IMG/VR virus record: IMGVR_UViG_3300037466_002980
Location: 160,001-224,000 of that record
Origin: a virus
Lineage: Duplodnaviria > Heunggongvirae > Uroviricota > Caudoviricetes
Reading direction: 5' to 3' (one strand)
DNA length: 64,000 bases
The translations under genes and the position numbers were made by a program. Of this stretch, positions 1 through 8,770 are shown piece by piece (the first letter of the stretch is position 1; each line of letters starts with the position of its first letter). The notes below the pieces were generated by a model, which searched no databases, had not been told where the DNA came from, and was given only the letters and a program-made list of their open reading frames with translations.

Positions 1-1
1 G

Positions 2-445
2 GAATTATCAGCATTAATGTCCCAAGCGGCACATGAAACTTTAGATTTTACCAGAATGATCGAACATGGTTCTAAATCATATTTCCAGAAATATGAAACT
101 CCAAAAATGGCTAAAGTCTTGGGAAACACAGATAAGAAAGGTAACGTTATTCACGGTGCTGGTGAAAAATTTAAGGGTAGAAGTTTTCTTCAAATCACCG
201 GAAAATATAATTACGAGTTGATCGGTAAAGAACTAGGTATTCCGTTGGGAGAACATCCAGAAATGCTCGAAGATCCGAAAATCGGAGCAATGGCATCAAT
301 TTGGTATTGGAAGCATAGAGTAGCACCGAAAATTAATAATTTCGGCGATATAAGAAAAGTAACATATCAGATTAATCCTGGTTTGGCAGGTCTTGCTTCT
401 AGAGAGAAAAAATTTCAAGCATATAATAATTCAAGAGACTTATAA
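2..445 (+). CDS. GH19 chitinase/endolysin-like protein, 5'-truncated
   Basis: Frame open from window start (ELSALMSQAAHET); HET, KGRSFLQITGKYNY and INPG motifs of GH19 enzymes. Confidence 0.8.
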   Translation, partial: ELSALMSQAAHETLDFTRMIEHGSKSYFQKYETPKMAKVLGNTDKKGNVIHGAGEKFKGRSFLQITGKYNYELIGKELGIPLGEHPEMLEDPKIGAMASIWYWKHRVAPKINNFGDIRKVTYQINPGLAGLASREKKFQAYNNSRDL

Positions 446-469
446 AAATAGGACCCGAAGGTCCTATTT
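445..469. terminator. Intrinsic terminator hairpin between convergent GH19 gene and tmRNA coding piece
   Basis: ATAGGACC-CGAA-GGTCCTAT with A/T runs on both sides. Confidence 0.75.
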
Positions 470-638
470 GGTTATTGAGTAATAAGGTTACCAACCCCAC
501 TTCACTTCATCACTGTTTAAGCAGCGAGAGCGAAGACAGCGTCATTTGCTGCGTTTATAGTTTTGCTTGATTTACGATCATCGCCTATCGTGTTGTCCAT
601 TCCCTTACTATTGACCCTGTCGAAACCTTGACTGGCCC
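446..638 (-). ncRNA. ssrA: Two-piece (permuted) tmRNA, coding piece; tag (A)AANDAVFALAA at 552-517
   Basis: Starts GGGCCAG-TCAAGGTTTCGAC; resume context TAAAC|GCA; tag ends LAA-stop; 3' end approximate. Confidence 0.9.
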
Positions 639-639
639 A

Positions 640-837
640 TCATAAGAAAATTTGATCACCTTGTTTATCACAAAGCATTGTGTAAAAATCCCCAGGTCCG
701 CCTACATATTTAAACATCCACATGCCCTGATTTGCTTCTCGTTCGGTACGAACTAAGATAATCTTTTCAGTAAACTTAGCACCTTGCAATACAGGTAATA
801 TGTCTCCGGTCTGGGTTTTTACATAAATCTTCATCAA
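640..837 (-). CDS. 65-aa hypothetical protein inside the tmRNA intervening segment
   Basis: SD-like TAAGGAAG directly after the tmRNA CCA; ORF fills the 208-nt spacer. Confidence 0.65.
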   Translation of the reverse strand: MMKIYVKTQTGDILPVLQGAKFTEKIILVRTEREANQGMWMFKYVGGPGDFYTMLCDKQGDQIFL

Positions 838-846
838 ACTTCCTTA

Positions 847-910
847 TGGTGGACCAGGCGGGAGTCGAACCCGCGTCCAGAACCCGTTTCTGTTCACTTC
901 ATACAACAAT
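847..910 (-). ncRNA. ssrA: Two-piece tmRNA, acceptor piece
   Basis: GAC-GCGGG-TTCGACT-CCCGC-CTGGTCC-ACCA; CTGGTCC pairs with GGGCCAG giving G3:U70. Confidence 0.9.
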
Positions 911-917
911 AATTTTT

Positions 918-946
918 ATTATATATTACTTACCATAATAAATCAA
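918..946 (-). promoter_or_regulatory. sigma70-type promoter for tmRNA
   Basis: TTGATT-17 nt-TATAAT. Confidence 0.7.
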
Positions 947-1598
947 AATTACCACGCATCACCTTTTCAACACTAGATGATTTTCCGCTGTTATGATCTT
1001 TAACCATATCATCTTGAAAACGATAGGTTCTTATTTTATCACCTCGCATACCAGATCCAACCTGTTCTTTTCTTATTGCGGTAAGCTCCTTAACTTTTTC
1101 ATATCTATCTTCTAATATTAATCTTTCGATTAATGAACTTTTAGCATCGTCGAGGCTATTTGTTCTAGATCTACTTTGAGAAACTGAAACCTTGCCAGTC
1201 GGTATATGAGTAATACGACAGGAATTTTGATGTTTGTTTCTATGTTGTCCGCCGGCACCAGTTCCACTAAACCATTCAATCTTAAAATCCTCATCTTTAA
1301 TTTCAAGACATTGAATTTCTGGATCAATTACAGCCACGGTAACAGTACTGGTATGAACTCGACCTTTTCGTTCGGTTGGTGGAATGCGCTGAATTCTATG
1401 TCCTCCGCATTCATTATTAAGCATAATTAAATCATTACCACGAACTTCAATAAAAATTTCTCCGGGTACCTGTTTAATTATACGATTAATTCAGCCAACT
1501 CTATCAAAATGTTTTTGATATGCTCTAGCCAGGTCGGCTGCGAATAATTTGCTATCCTCACCACCTTCGGCCGCACGAATTTCAATAATTCTCTTCAT
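930..1598 (-). CDS. Class I peptide release factor-like protein lacking domain 1, interrupted by in-frame TGA at 1493-1491
   Basis: SD AGGAG then MKRIIEIRAAEGGEDSKLFAADL...DRVG*INRII continuing in frame into HRIQRIPPTERKGRVHTS, GAGGQH and IRTY motifs. Confidence 0.85.
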
Positions 1599-1639
1599 TG
1601 CAATCTCCTAAGGTTAAAAATTGATTATATGTTATTTCT

Positions 1640-1912
1640 TTATTTTGTGCAAGTGTTCAGAGCAGAACGAAGTTTTTCTTCATAACCTAGATGATTTAAT
1701 CTATCTGCTAGAAGCGCCTGAACCTTAGTTCTCACATCTTCTTCTGTAGTTAAACTATCAAAGTTATCTTTAGGTTGTTCGGGTTCTGCAACACTACATG
1801 GTTTTTCAATTGGAACTTCCACTCTTTGTGTTTCTACCTTAACACCGGGTGGGGTGGTAGCACACGCAGTAAGAAAAAATGCCATTAGAAGGAGAATACT
1901 ATTTTTTACCAT
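1640..1912 (-). CDS. o-spanin (Rz1-like lipoprotein)
   Basis: Signal peptide with LTAC lipobox, Pro-rich, overlaps i-spanin. Confidence 0.75.
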   Translation of the reverse strand: MVKNSILLLMAFFLTACATTPPGVKVETQRVEVPIEKPCSVAEPEQPKDNFDSLTTEEDVRTKVQALLADRLNHLGYEEKLRSALNTCTK

Positions 1913-2306
1913 TTCTTATAATCTCCTCATTTATCAGGTCATTTGCAGAAATGCATTTATCAGAACTTGTTGGTTTAGAACGTAGAATTTCATCTGCCCG
2001 ATTCTTATAATTCTGGGCAGTTTTCTGTGCATTGGCTAATTCGGTCTGATGAGCTTTAATTCTGGTCTCGTTTTCTTTCTTCATCCTATCAATTGATTGA
2101 TTTTGTTCGTCAACAGATCTTTGAAGTGTTTTTATTGATGTATTCGATGTTTCTAAATTTACTTTCATCTGTGCAACGGTTGCTTCTAATTCTTTATTAT
2201 CTGCCTTGAGCATTTTAATTCTAACAGATTGAAAGCCAACAATTGCTACCACAATCAAGAGTAAAACAACATCTTTATATTTTATTAATAGTGATAGAAA
2301 TCCCAT
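1899..2306 (-). CDS. i-spanin (Rz-like)
   Basis: N-terminal TM helix, coiled coil, C-terminal Cys. Confidence 0.75.
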   Translation of the reverse strand: MGFLSLLIKYKDVVLLLIVVAIVGFQSVRIKMLKADNKELEATVAQMKVNLETSNTSIKTLQRSVDEQNQSIDRMKKENETRIKAHQTELANAQKTAQNYKNRADEILRSKPTSSDKCISANDLINEEIIRNGKK

Positions 2307-2335
2307 AATTATCTCCGTACTTTATTTATCGTTAT

Positions 2336-2794
2336 TTATTCGTATAGATCAAAACTACAGAAAGCATTCGCTTCGCTTGTATCACTGACTATCCAATCTG
2401 AAGTTAATTTAAAACCAGTTGCCTGATATATCGACCATGCTGTTTTCTTTGGGAAGGACCAAACTGATAAAAATTCATGTTCTCTTCCAATATAAATTGC
2501 TTCTTTCAATAACAATACACCAATACCTTTTCCACGATATTCTTCTTCAACCCAGAGACCTCGAGATCTTAACGTATTATCAGTGCATTCATGAACACTA
2601 TTTACTCCCACTAATTGATCATCAATAAAACACCCATAACACCAAAGTTGACACTCAAAATTATTACCATCATATTGTCCCGGAAAGCCTAACATTGCAC
2701 TTCGACTTGTAATTTCTGTCTCGCGTTCCTTCCATAATTTTTCTCTCCAGAAGGGAAATATAGTTTCATAATCAATTGCTTTAAATTCTATCAT
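2336..2794 (-). CDS. GNAT acetyltransferase
   Basis: LWVEEEYRGKGIG acetyl-CoA motif A; Y...GF motif. Confidence 0.85.
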   Translation of the reverse strand: MIEFKAIDYETIFPFWREKLWKERETEITSRSAMLGFPGQYDGNNFECQLWCYGCFIDDQLVGVNSVHECTDNTLRSRGLWVEEEYRGKGIGVLLLKEAIYIGREHEFLSVWSFPKKTAWSIYQATGFKLTSDWIVSDTSEANAFCSFDLYE

Positions 2795-2832
2795 GAGATA
2801 TTTATCGATTAAAATTCTGGCAACTTAAAATC

Positions 2833-2867
2833 AAAAAAAAAGACTATGGAGAAAACCCCATAGTCTT
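2833..2867 (-). terminator. Intrinsic terminator after tRNA-Arg
   Basis: AAGACTATGG..CCATAGTCTT plus long T run on minus strand. Confidence 0.85.
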
Positions 2868-2872
2868 AAAAT

Positions 2873-2948
2873 TGGCACCGCCTGGAGGAATCGAACCCAT
2901 CATTCCGGCGTTCGTAGCACCGTGTATTATCCATTATACGAAGGCGGC
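2873..2948 (-). tRNA. tRNA-Arg(ACG)
   Basis: Cloverleaf, loop CT-ACG-AA, encoded CCA. Confidence 0.9.
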
Positions 2949-3071
2949 CTTAATAATTTAAAATTATCGTAATAAAAATTTATACGATCTGTATGGCTCT
3001 AATTAGTTATATTGGAAGTATTTACTCTTTTTAGGTAAAAACTCCCAAATAATTCAACTTTTACAACAAGA

Positions 3072-3929
3072 CTAATCTTTAAAATTAGGCTGTCGTCCTT
3101 GTCCACTCGGAATACAAATACCTTCTATTTTTCCAAAATATTGTGGAAAAAATTCTTGATGTTCAAAAACAAATTGTTCATAGAAATCTTCTATCTCATT
3201 TAAGTTAGAAGCTAACTCTTTATAATTCTTAGAAAGTTTGTTAAACGGAACATTTGCAATATATTTGGGTATTCCAGAAAATATATTTCGAAGATTAGCA
3301 ACATTATTTTGAAATTGTTCATAATAGATTGTTGGAATATTCGGAAATAAAGTTTTAATGATATTCTGTGTTTCTACATATTCCTCAAGTCTCAATGAGA
3401 TTTTTTCAACAGGTATTTCTACTCTTTCTGTTTTATATATAGGATTATGATTTTTATCCTGTAATACAGGATTATGAAAATTTCCAGTTTCCTCGGCAAA
3501 ATGTAATGATAAGACTGAAGTTAAAACATCAGCTCTATCTAATCTAATAAATTGAATATCTTTAATACCATTAATAATTTTAACCGCAGATGGTATATCT
3601 GGTTTGAAGGCTCTAAGATAAATGCCTGCTATTCCATAACGATCTTCATTCGAAAGATCATTTAACCAATCAACTCGTTTTTTCGCTTCATCTAATTTCT
3701 CATTAATTTCTTTTTTAACTATAGATGTTTTTTCATATTCAATATATTCGAAACCCGTAAATGGTTCTCTTTTTAGTTTGTAATTACTTACATTTGATAT
3801 TGGATTGAAGAGTTCGCCGAAATTTAATCTGTCAGTTACTTCTGAAATATAATGACGTACAACATGACTTCCAGATCTCGGTTGAAATATCAATCCAATA
3901 TGCTTTTTAGGTTGAATTTCTGCTTTCAT
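3072..3929 (-). CDS. Sulfotransferase-fold (Stf0-like) protein
   Basis: N-terminal QPRSGSH PAPS-binding-like loop; R.D.L...LS and YYE motifs. Confidence 0.6.
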   Translation of the reverse strand: MKAEIQPKKHIGLIFQPRSGSHVVRHYISEVTDRLNFGELFNPISNVSNYKLKREPFTGFEYIEYEKTSIVKKEINEKLDEAKKRVDWLNDLSNEDRYGIAGIYLRAFKPDIPSAVKIINGIKDIQFIRLDRADVLTSVLSLHFAEETGNFHNPVLQDKNHNPIYKTERVEIPVEKISLRLEEYVETQNIIKTLFPNIPTIYYEQFQNNVANLRNIFSGIPKYIANVPFNKLSKNYKELASNLNEIEDFYEQFVFEHQEFFPQYFGKIEGICIPSGQGRQPNFKD

Positions 3930-3930
3930 T

Positions 3931-5526
3931 TTATATGATACAATAACAATTTCCTGGTTTGACGGTGGTACAATGCGAACCTACGTTGCAGGTGCCCGGG
4001 CATGCAAGGCCGCAATTGGTAAGCAATTCGACACCAACTAACGGATCGGTACTCGGAAGTGCAGTTTGATCAAACGTTGAACTTCCAACAATAACTGTTA
4101 ATGTATTATCAATCGTACTTCCATCGAGCATATATGTTTTATATTGAATTGTATATAAATCATAGCCATTCGCACCAATTGGTTCTTCTGTAGGCATTAA
4201 TGTTAGGACACTAAAATCATCTATTGCAAAACTTGGAAGTGGTGCTAAAAATTCGTAAGATTTAACCAATTCTCTTCTAAAAAGTGTCAGTGGTTTCTTT
4301 TCTCCAACTAAGACCAGGACTGTCAAATCTATAGGATATACTCGAATATTTGTATTTCTTTCATTTTGAAAGGTACAGATACTATTATTAGATGAAGAAT
4401 ATCTAGGATCAGATAAATTTAATAGACCTGTTCTATCAGCCCTAAGTACCCAACTTAAATCAATTAATCCATTTATGTCAGATGTAAATGATGGAGATTC
4501 TCCAGTCGGTGTTGCCCAACGGGTTTGATTATAGACAACTGATGCAGAATAAATTGCAGTAGCAACTGAAGTTCCAGCAATATATCCATATGTTCCGCCG
4601 GGTTTCGCTGCCCATATTTTTTCACCCGGTGCCCATGTATCTAAAATACCTTCATTTACAGAAGATTGTGTTAAACTAGTGATAGTTGGATCGGTATAAT
4701 TCGAGAAATTAGAGGGTAGAAAATTTTGATCATAAGATCCAACAGTTATTACTTCTTTCATTGCTGCTGGAGTAACATCCCCAATCGGTATTCCCGAATT
4801 TCCAGATGCAGCAAGAACAACCGCACCTTGTTCAATTAAAAATCGAATCTTATTTTCAATATAATAATTTCTTTCGATAGCCCAACTCAAATTAATAGCA
4901 GCGAAATTTGGCGATGTCAACATATCTGCAAGTATGGCGTCAAATGCTGCCAATAAATCACTTTGTCTTGTGGGTTGATTTTTATCGAAAATCTTAACAA
5001 CCTTTAAATTTGTTGCTGTTATTCCACATGTCTTACCAGCAATGACACTAGCAAGACTAGTTCCGTGCCCTGTTGAATCTGAAAATTCTCCAGTAAAAGA
5101 ATATAGAGTATCAATACTTACACCGTCAAATTCTGGATGAGTTAAATCAATACCACTATCTACCAAATACACAGAAGTATATTCGCCAAATATCGGAACG
5201 TCTGCTGTTTTAGCTGACAAATCAATATAACGTATTGAATAATCTTTCCACCAATTCTTATCATCGGCTATAACAATTGTTTCTGTTCTTGTTGGTGTAG
5301 CCGGTGGTACTGGAATTATATCCAGAAGTTTTAATGTAGATGCATCGTCGTTGATTACAGATTCAACAAGACCTTCTTTTATTAATGGTTGTGTGGTGGA
5401 TTGCACATGATATACCTTTGTAAAGTTATCAAAGGATTTTATAATCGTGCAGTTATTTGCAGAGAGATAATCGTTTATCTCTTTTTCTGTTGCTGTATCA
5501 AAAAAATCTATCAAGTAATTTGTCAT
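3931..5526 (-). CDS. S8 subtilisin-like peptidase with prodomain and C-terminal 6-Cys peptide
   Basis: LVDSG, HGT, SGN and GTSVA catalytic motifs. Confidence 0.9.
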   Translation of the reverse strand: MTNYLIDFFDTATEKEINDYLSANNCTIIKSFDNFTKVYHVQSTTQPLIKEGLVESVINDDASTLKLLDIIPVPPATPTRTETIVIADDKNWWKDYSIRYIDLSAKTADVPIFGEYTSVYLVDSGIDLTHPEFDGVSIDTLYSFTGEFSDSTGHGTSLASVIAGKTCGITATNLKVVKIFDKNQPTRQSDLLAAFDAILADMLTSPNFAAINLSWAIERNYYIENKIRFLIEQGAVVLAASGNSGIPIGDVTPAAMKEVITVGSYDQNFLPSNFSNYTDPTITSLTQSSVNEGILDTWAPGEKIWAAKPGGTYGYIAGTSVATAIYSASVVYNQTRWATPTGESPSFTSDINGLIDLSWVLRADRTGLLNLSDPRYSSSNNSICTFQNERNTNIRVYPIDLTVLVLVGEKKPLTLFRRELVKSYEFLAPLPSFAIDDFSVLTLMPTEEPIGANGYDLYTIQYKTYMLDGSTIDNTLTVIVGSSTFDQTALPSTDPLVGVELLTNCGLACPGTCNVGSHCTTVKPGNCYCII

Positions 5527-5532
5527 GTTTTA

Positions 5533-6495
5533 TTAACTCTCCTGGGGTTCGAGCACACCGGTAATTGGATTCGATAAAATATATTTAGTTATTCTACTAT
5601 GTTTATCTTTTAAATTGTTTCTATAAGGGTGCCGAAATAAGATATCAAATGTTCGTTTACTAGGACGATTGGCATATAAAAGCCTATCCATAGCAGTAAT
5701 TCTTTCGTTAAATTTTGGATTGTCATAATATTCTTTTAGAACTTCAAATCCTGTTAGTTTCTTTGGTTGTGCAATTACCGGAAATCCTGCTAATTTATAA
5801 TAATTAGGTGTAGAATAACCAGATGTAATTTTATGAAGTTCAAATAAAGGAATAAAGGAATAAGCGAGCACCGGATCATGCAAGAAGAAAAAAGGAATTA
5901 TTGTTCGAGTATCGTTGGTAATTGATTCAGAATATCTCTGTAGACCCAAATGGGTATTGGTAACACCCGGATCTCGAAAAATATAATTTCCACTAAAAAG
6001 TATAGTTCCTTTTTGTATAACTTCAGTCATTTTAATATGAGTGCAAATTTGTGGTGAATCACAATCATAGGTATTTGCTATATCTGATAGATTATTTTCA
6101 AGAAACGAAATAACATCAAACTCTTTATATTCAACCTTAATTTTATGCAATTCACTAAATTGATGTAATTCGATTAAATCGTGTTCATTAAACCAAATTC
6201 CATTTGACACATATTTTATCGATACTACATTAAACGGAATCCCCGATAGATGCCAACTCCATATCATTGCCTGACTATCTACACCACCGCTGCAGAATAA
6301 TGTATATGGTGGTGGACAGGATTTTTCAATTGTATGAATTGCTGATATCGAAGCCTCTAGTGGCTGAGTTTCTTCATTAGAAATCTTATGACTAGAAAGA
6401 TCGATGTGTAATATCGAATTATCTATTGACCATTCGTCTTGTAATTCCGATCCCCATCCGTATTTAATCCAATTATCGACACCAAAGGTCTTCAT
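5533..6495 (-). CDS. PP-loop adenine-nucleotide alpha-hydrolase-like protein
   Basis: SGGVDS PP-loop. Confidence 0.6.
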   Translation of the reverse strand: MKTFGVDNWIKYGWGSELQDEWSIDNSILHIDLSSHKISNEETQPLEASISAIHTIEKSCPPPYTLFCSGGVDSQAMIWSWHLSGIPFNVVSIKYVSNGIWFNEHDLIELHQFSELHKIKVEYKEFDVISFLENNLSDIANTYDCDSPQICTHIKMTEVIQKGTILFSGNYIFRDPGVTNTHLGLQRYSESITNDTRTIIPFFFLHDPVLAYSFIPLFELHKITSGYSTPNYYKLAGFPVIAQPKKLTGFEVLKEYYDNPKFNERITAMDRLLYANRPSKRTFDILFRHPYRNNLKDKHSRITKYILSNPITGVLEPQES

Positions 6496-6767
6496 TAATT
6501 CTCTTCCTGAGAATTCACGGTTCTAATTATTTCAATTGATTTCCATTTACCTATCGGACAACTAGAAGAAGTTAATGAGGTTTTGGCATGAACAAAACAT
6601 CCACATTTTTTACACTGTTGAGTGGGATGAAATAAGAACTCACACTGTTGGCAAATAGATAATCTTTCGGATTTTATTTCACTGTCGACTAAAATTGCCG
6701 AACGAGCTTTTTCTTTAGCTTCATTCAATGATTCTAATTTTTCTTTAAGATTATTTAAAAATGTCAT
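6495..6767 (-). CDS. Small Cys-rich metal-binding protein (DUF6171-like)
   Basis: R..ICxxC...CxxCGC...K......CPxGKW. Confidence 0.7.
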   Translation of the reverse strand: MTFLNNLKEKLESLNEAKEKARSAILVDSEIKSERLSICQQCEFLFHPTQQCKKCGCFVHAKTSLTSSSCPIGKWKSIEIIRTVNSQEEN

Positions 6768-6790
6768 ATTTGCTATTTATCGCAATTTTT

Positions 6791-6866
6791 TGGCAGGGGC
6801 GGCAGGAATCGAACCTAGCTAACCACGGGTCAAAGCCGAGTATGCATACCATTGCATATCACCCCG
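6791..6866 (-). tRNA. tRNA-Gln(TTG)
   Basis: Loop CT-TTG-AC, T arm, GCCA end. Confidence 0.85.
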
Positions 6867-6874
6867 ATAAAAGG

Positions 6875-6939
6875 CAGAATGTTTGTTTTCACTGGTTTTG
6901 ATTAAAAGTCAAATAGTTTGAATTTGCTGTAAACATTCT
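6875..6939 (-). ncRNA. CAGCAA-stem RNA copy A, carrying a Lys(UUU) anticodon arm
   Basis: AGAATGTTT-ACAGCAA...TTTGA-CTTTTAA-TCAAA...AAACATTCTG. Confidence 0.65.
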
Positions 6940-6952
6940 TTAAAAATCAAAA

Positions 6953-7048
6953 CAGAATTCTTTTTATACAATGCACCATGTTTATGAGACATGAAACATC
7001 GATAGGAGTCGAACCTACTTTTCCAATATGGATTGCTGTAAGAATTCT
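6953..7048 (-). ncRNA. CAGCAA-stem RNA copy B, with T arm and CAU anticodon arm
   Basis: AGAATTCTT-ACAGCAA...GTAGG-TTCGACT-CCTAT...CATGT-CTCATAA-ACATG...AAGAATTCTG. Confidence 0.65.
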
Positions 7049-7056
7049 TAAAAACC

Positions 7057-7169
7057 TTCTAATATTACCGAGTGGTTGACTAGACACACTCTACGATTTA
7101 TCTTCGAAGATGCAGCTTCGTTGACTCACGGATAATCGCTAAATCCTATGTTGTCAGGTAATATCAGAA
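7057..7169 (-). ncRNA. Unidentified structured RNA
   Basis: 13-bp closing stem TTCTGATATTACC/GGTAATATTAGAA (G:U on minus strand). Confidence 0.45.
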
Positions 7170-7175
7170 TAAAAA

Positions 7176-7237
7176 TGGAGCGGTTCCACGGGTCGGACTG
7201 GTTACCGTGCGTCAGGAACGTTGACACTTTTCACTCC
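7176..7237 (-). ncRNA. Small GC-rich structured RNA, possible pseudoknot
   Basis: GGAGTG/CGCTCC closing stem, two hairpins, loop GTTCC complementary to 3' GGAAC. Confidence 0.45.
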
Positions 7238-7243
7238 AAAACT

Positions 7244-7320
7244 TGGTACGGACAGTGGGATTCGAACCCACACTTTACAGATTTTAAATCAGTTGACTCT
7301 ACCCATTGGCCTATGCCCGC
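7244..7320 (-). tRNA. tRNA-Leu(TAA), short variable arm
   Basis: Loop TT-TAA-AA, ACCA end. Confidence 0.85.
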
Positions 7321-7325
7321 AAATT

Positions 7326-7484
7326 CTATTTAAAACGTCGAAAAATTTCTTCTCGAACATCATCATAATCAATATCAAGTTCTCTTAATCTATCAAATTC
7401 ATTGGTGGCTTCATAATGCCACATTTTCACAAATGATTCAAATAAATCCAATAAGGCTGAATTTGATAAATCTTCTAATTTCAT
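7326..7484 (-). CDS. 52-aa hypothetical protein (not in ORF track)
   Basis: MKLEDLSNSALL...RRFK* exactly fills the gap between two tRNAs. Confidence 0.5.
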   Translation of the reverse strand: MKLEDLSNSALLDLFESFVKMWHYEATNEFDRLRELDIDYDDVREEIFRRFK

Positions 7485-7490
7485 AAATTC

Positions 7491-7565
7491 TGGTAGGGCT
7501 GGGGAATTTCGAAATCCCGGCCAACGGATTAAAAGTCCGCTGCTCTGCCTCTGAGCTACAACCCC
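7491..7565 (-). tRNA. tRNA-Lys(TTT)
   Basis: GCGGA-CTTTTAA-TCCGT, ACCA end. Confidence 0.9.
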
Positions 7566-7846
7566 AAAATCTCTAAATAATCTTTTAACACTTCATCGGG
7601 AAGATCGGTCCATAATCGAGAAAAATATCGGTGACTTCCTTTACCATTAAAGGGAAATTCGAGATCACAAGAATGAACATGTAATTCTATTTTTGCTCTA
7701 TCTTCATACACATTATATGATGGCCATATTGATTGAAATTTCTTAGAATTAGCCAATAACCAATCATTCTTATATTCGCCATTTCTTCGGCACATTGGTT
7801 GCCAGCCTTGTAATGCTAAGAATAATCTTTCTTCTCGGTATATCAT
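7556..7846 (-). CDS. Hypothetical protein
   Basis: ORF track; coupled to upstream ORF. Confidence 0.6.
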   Translation of the reverse strand: MIYREERLFLALQGWQPMCRRNGEYKNDWLLANSKKFQSIWPSYNVYEDRAKIELHVHSCDLEFPFNGKGSHRYFSRLWTDLPDEVLKDYLEILGL

Positions 7847-8097
7847 TTTTCAATTAGATGTCCAAATTTCAACTTAAATTGAAGAAACCAAGGTTTATAC
7901 CTTTCTCTTCCATTAAGTTTGAGTTCCCAATACGAAAACATCCATTGAACTGCCCAGCCTGTGCCATTTGCACGCCATCTGGGCCTATTAATTAAATATA
8001 CCTCTTCCTTACCGACATTATCGATTAGAGTTTGAATTATAGATTGCACTTCTGCGTTATCTATATCCGAATCTACAATCTTTAATTTTATCTTCAT
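7843..8097 (-). CDS. Hypothetical protein
   Basis: Start moved to ATG just after tRNA-Pro. Confidence 0.6.
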   Translation of the reverse strand: MKIKLKIVDSDIDNAEVQSIIQTLIDNVGKEEVYLINRPRWRANGTGWAVQWMFSYWELKLNGRERYKPWFLQFKLKFGHLIEK

Positions 8098-8173
8098 TGG
8101 TCTCCGTACCGGGATTTGAACCCGGACCATATCGCCCCGAACGATACATGCAACCAGATAACACTTTACAGAG
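8098..8173 (-). tRNA. tRNA-Pro(CGG)
   Basis: TATCG-TTCGGGG-CGATA, C1:G72, A73. Confidence 0.9.
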
Positions 8174-8178
8174 AAAAA

Positions 8179-8739
8179 TCAGATTAGATTTTCTGTTCGA
8201 AGGATATCAACAATTGAATCCTTTAATGTGACTTCTGTTCTAACGTTTAATTCAAGAACTTCATCGTTGATCTTGTTCTTCATTTTCTTGATATCAAGAA
8301 TTTCTTTCTTAAATTCTTCAATATCCTTGTCGGTAAATACACCTGTCTTCACAGAGTCTTCGTGATAGTAGGCTGCTTCTTTTCTATGACGAATCTTTTC
8401 TAATTTACCTTTGATTACTTCGACTTCTTCTGATTTCGGCGATTCAGACCAAACCTTAAGTTGTGCAATTTTCTTATCCATAAAAGCAAGTTCGGAAAGT
8501 TTTTCATTTACACCCGATATTGCATTAACTCGTCCAATTTCTTCCCTTAAGGCATATTGTGCCTTAAGAAGGTCTTTAGTTCTCTTAACCTTTAATAATG
8601 CTTCTTCACGTGCCTTACCAAGGATTTCCGAAACACTCTGAAATTCGTTTAAATCGATCGTAGATTCGATCTTAATTTCTTTAATTTGATCTTGAATTGC
8701 GACCTGAATTGCGTTTGCTTTGCGAAGTGTTACTTTCAT
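8179..8739 (-). CDS. Coiled-coil protein
   Basis: SD AAAGG; Lys/Glu-rich heptads. Confidence 0.75.
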   Translation of the reverse strand: MKVTLRKANAIQVAIQDQIKEIKIESTIDLNEFQSVSEILGKAREEALLKVKRTKDLLKAQYALREEIGRVNAISGVNEKLSELAFMDKKIAQLKVWSESPKSEEVEVIKGKLEKIRHRKEAAYYHEDSVKTGVFTDKDIEEFKKEILDIKKMKNKINDEVLELNVRTEVTLKDSIVDILRTENLI

Positions 8740-8770
8740 TCTAAAACCTTTCTAAATTTGTAATACAGTA

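Noticed and set aside
930-1598. Genome-wide UGA recoding
   Set aside because: TGA ends normal genes (e.g. 7843, 8179, 36221, 39761), TAG is also used as a stop, and long genes are intact in code 11
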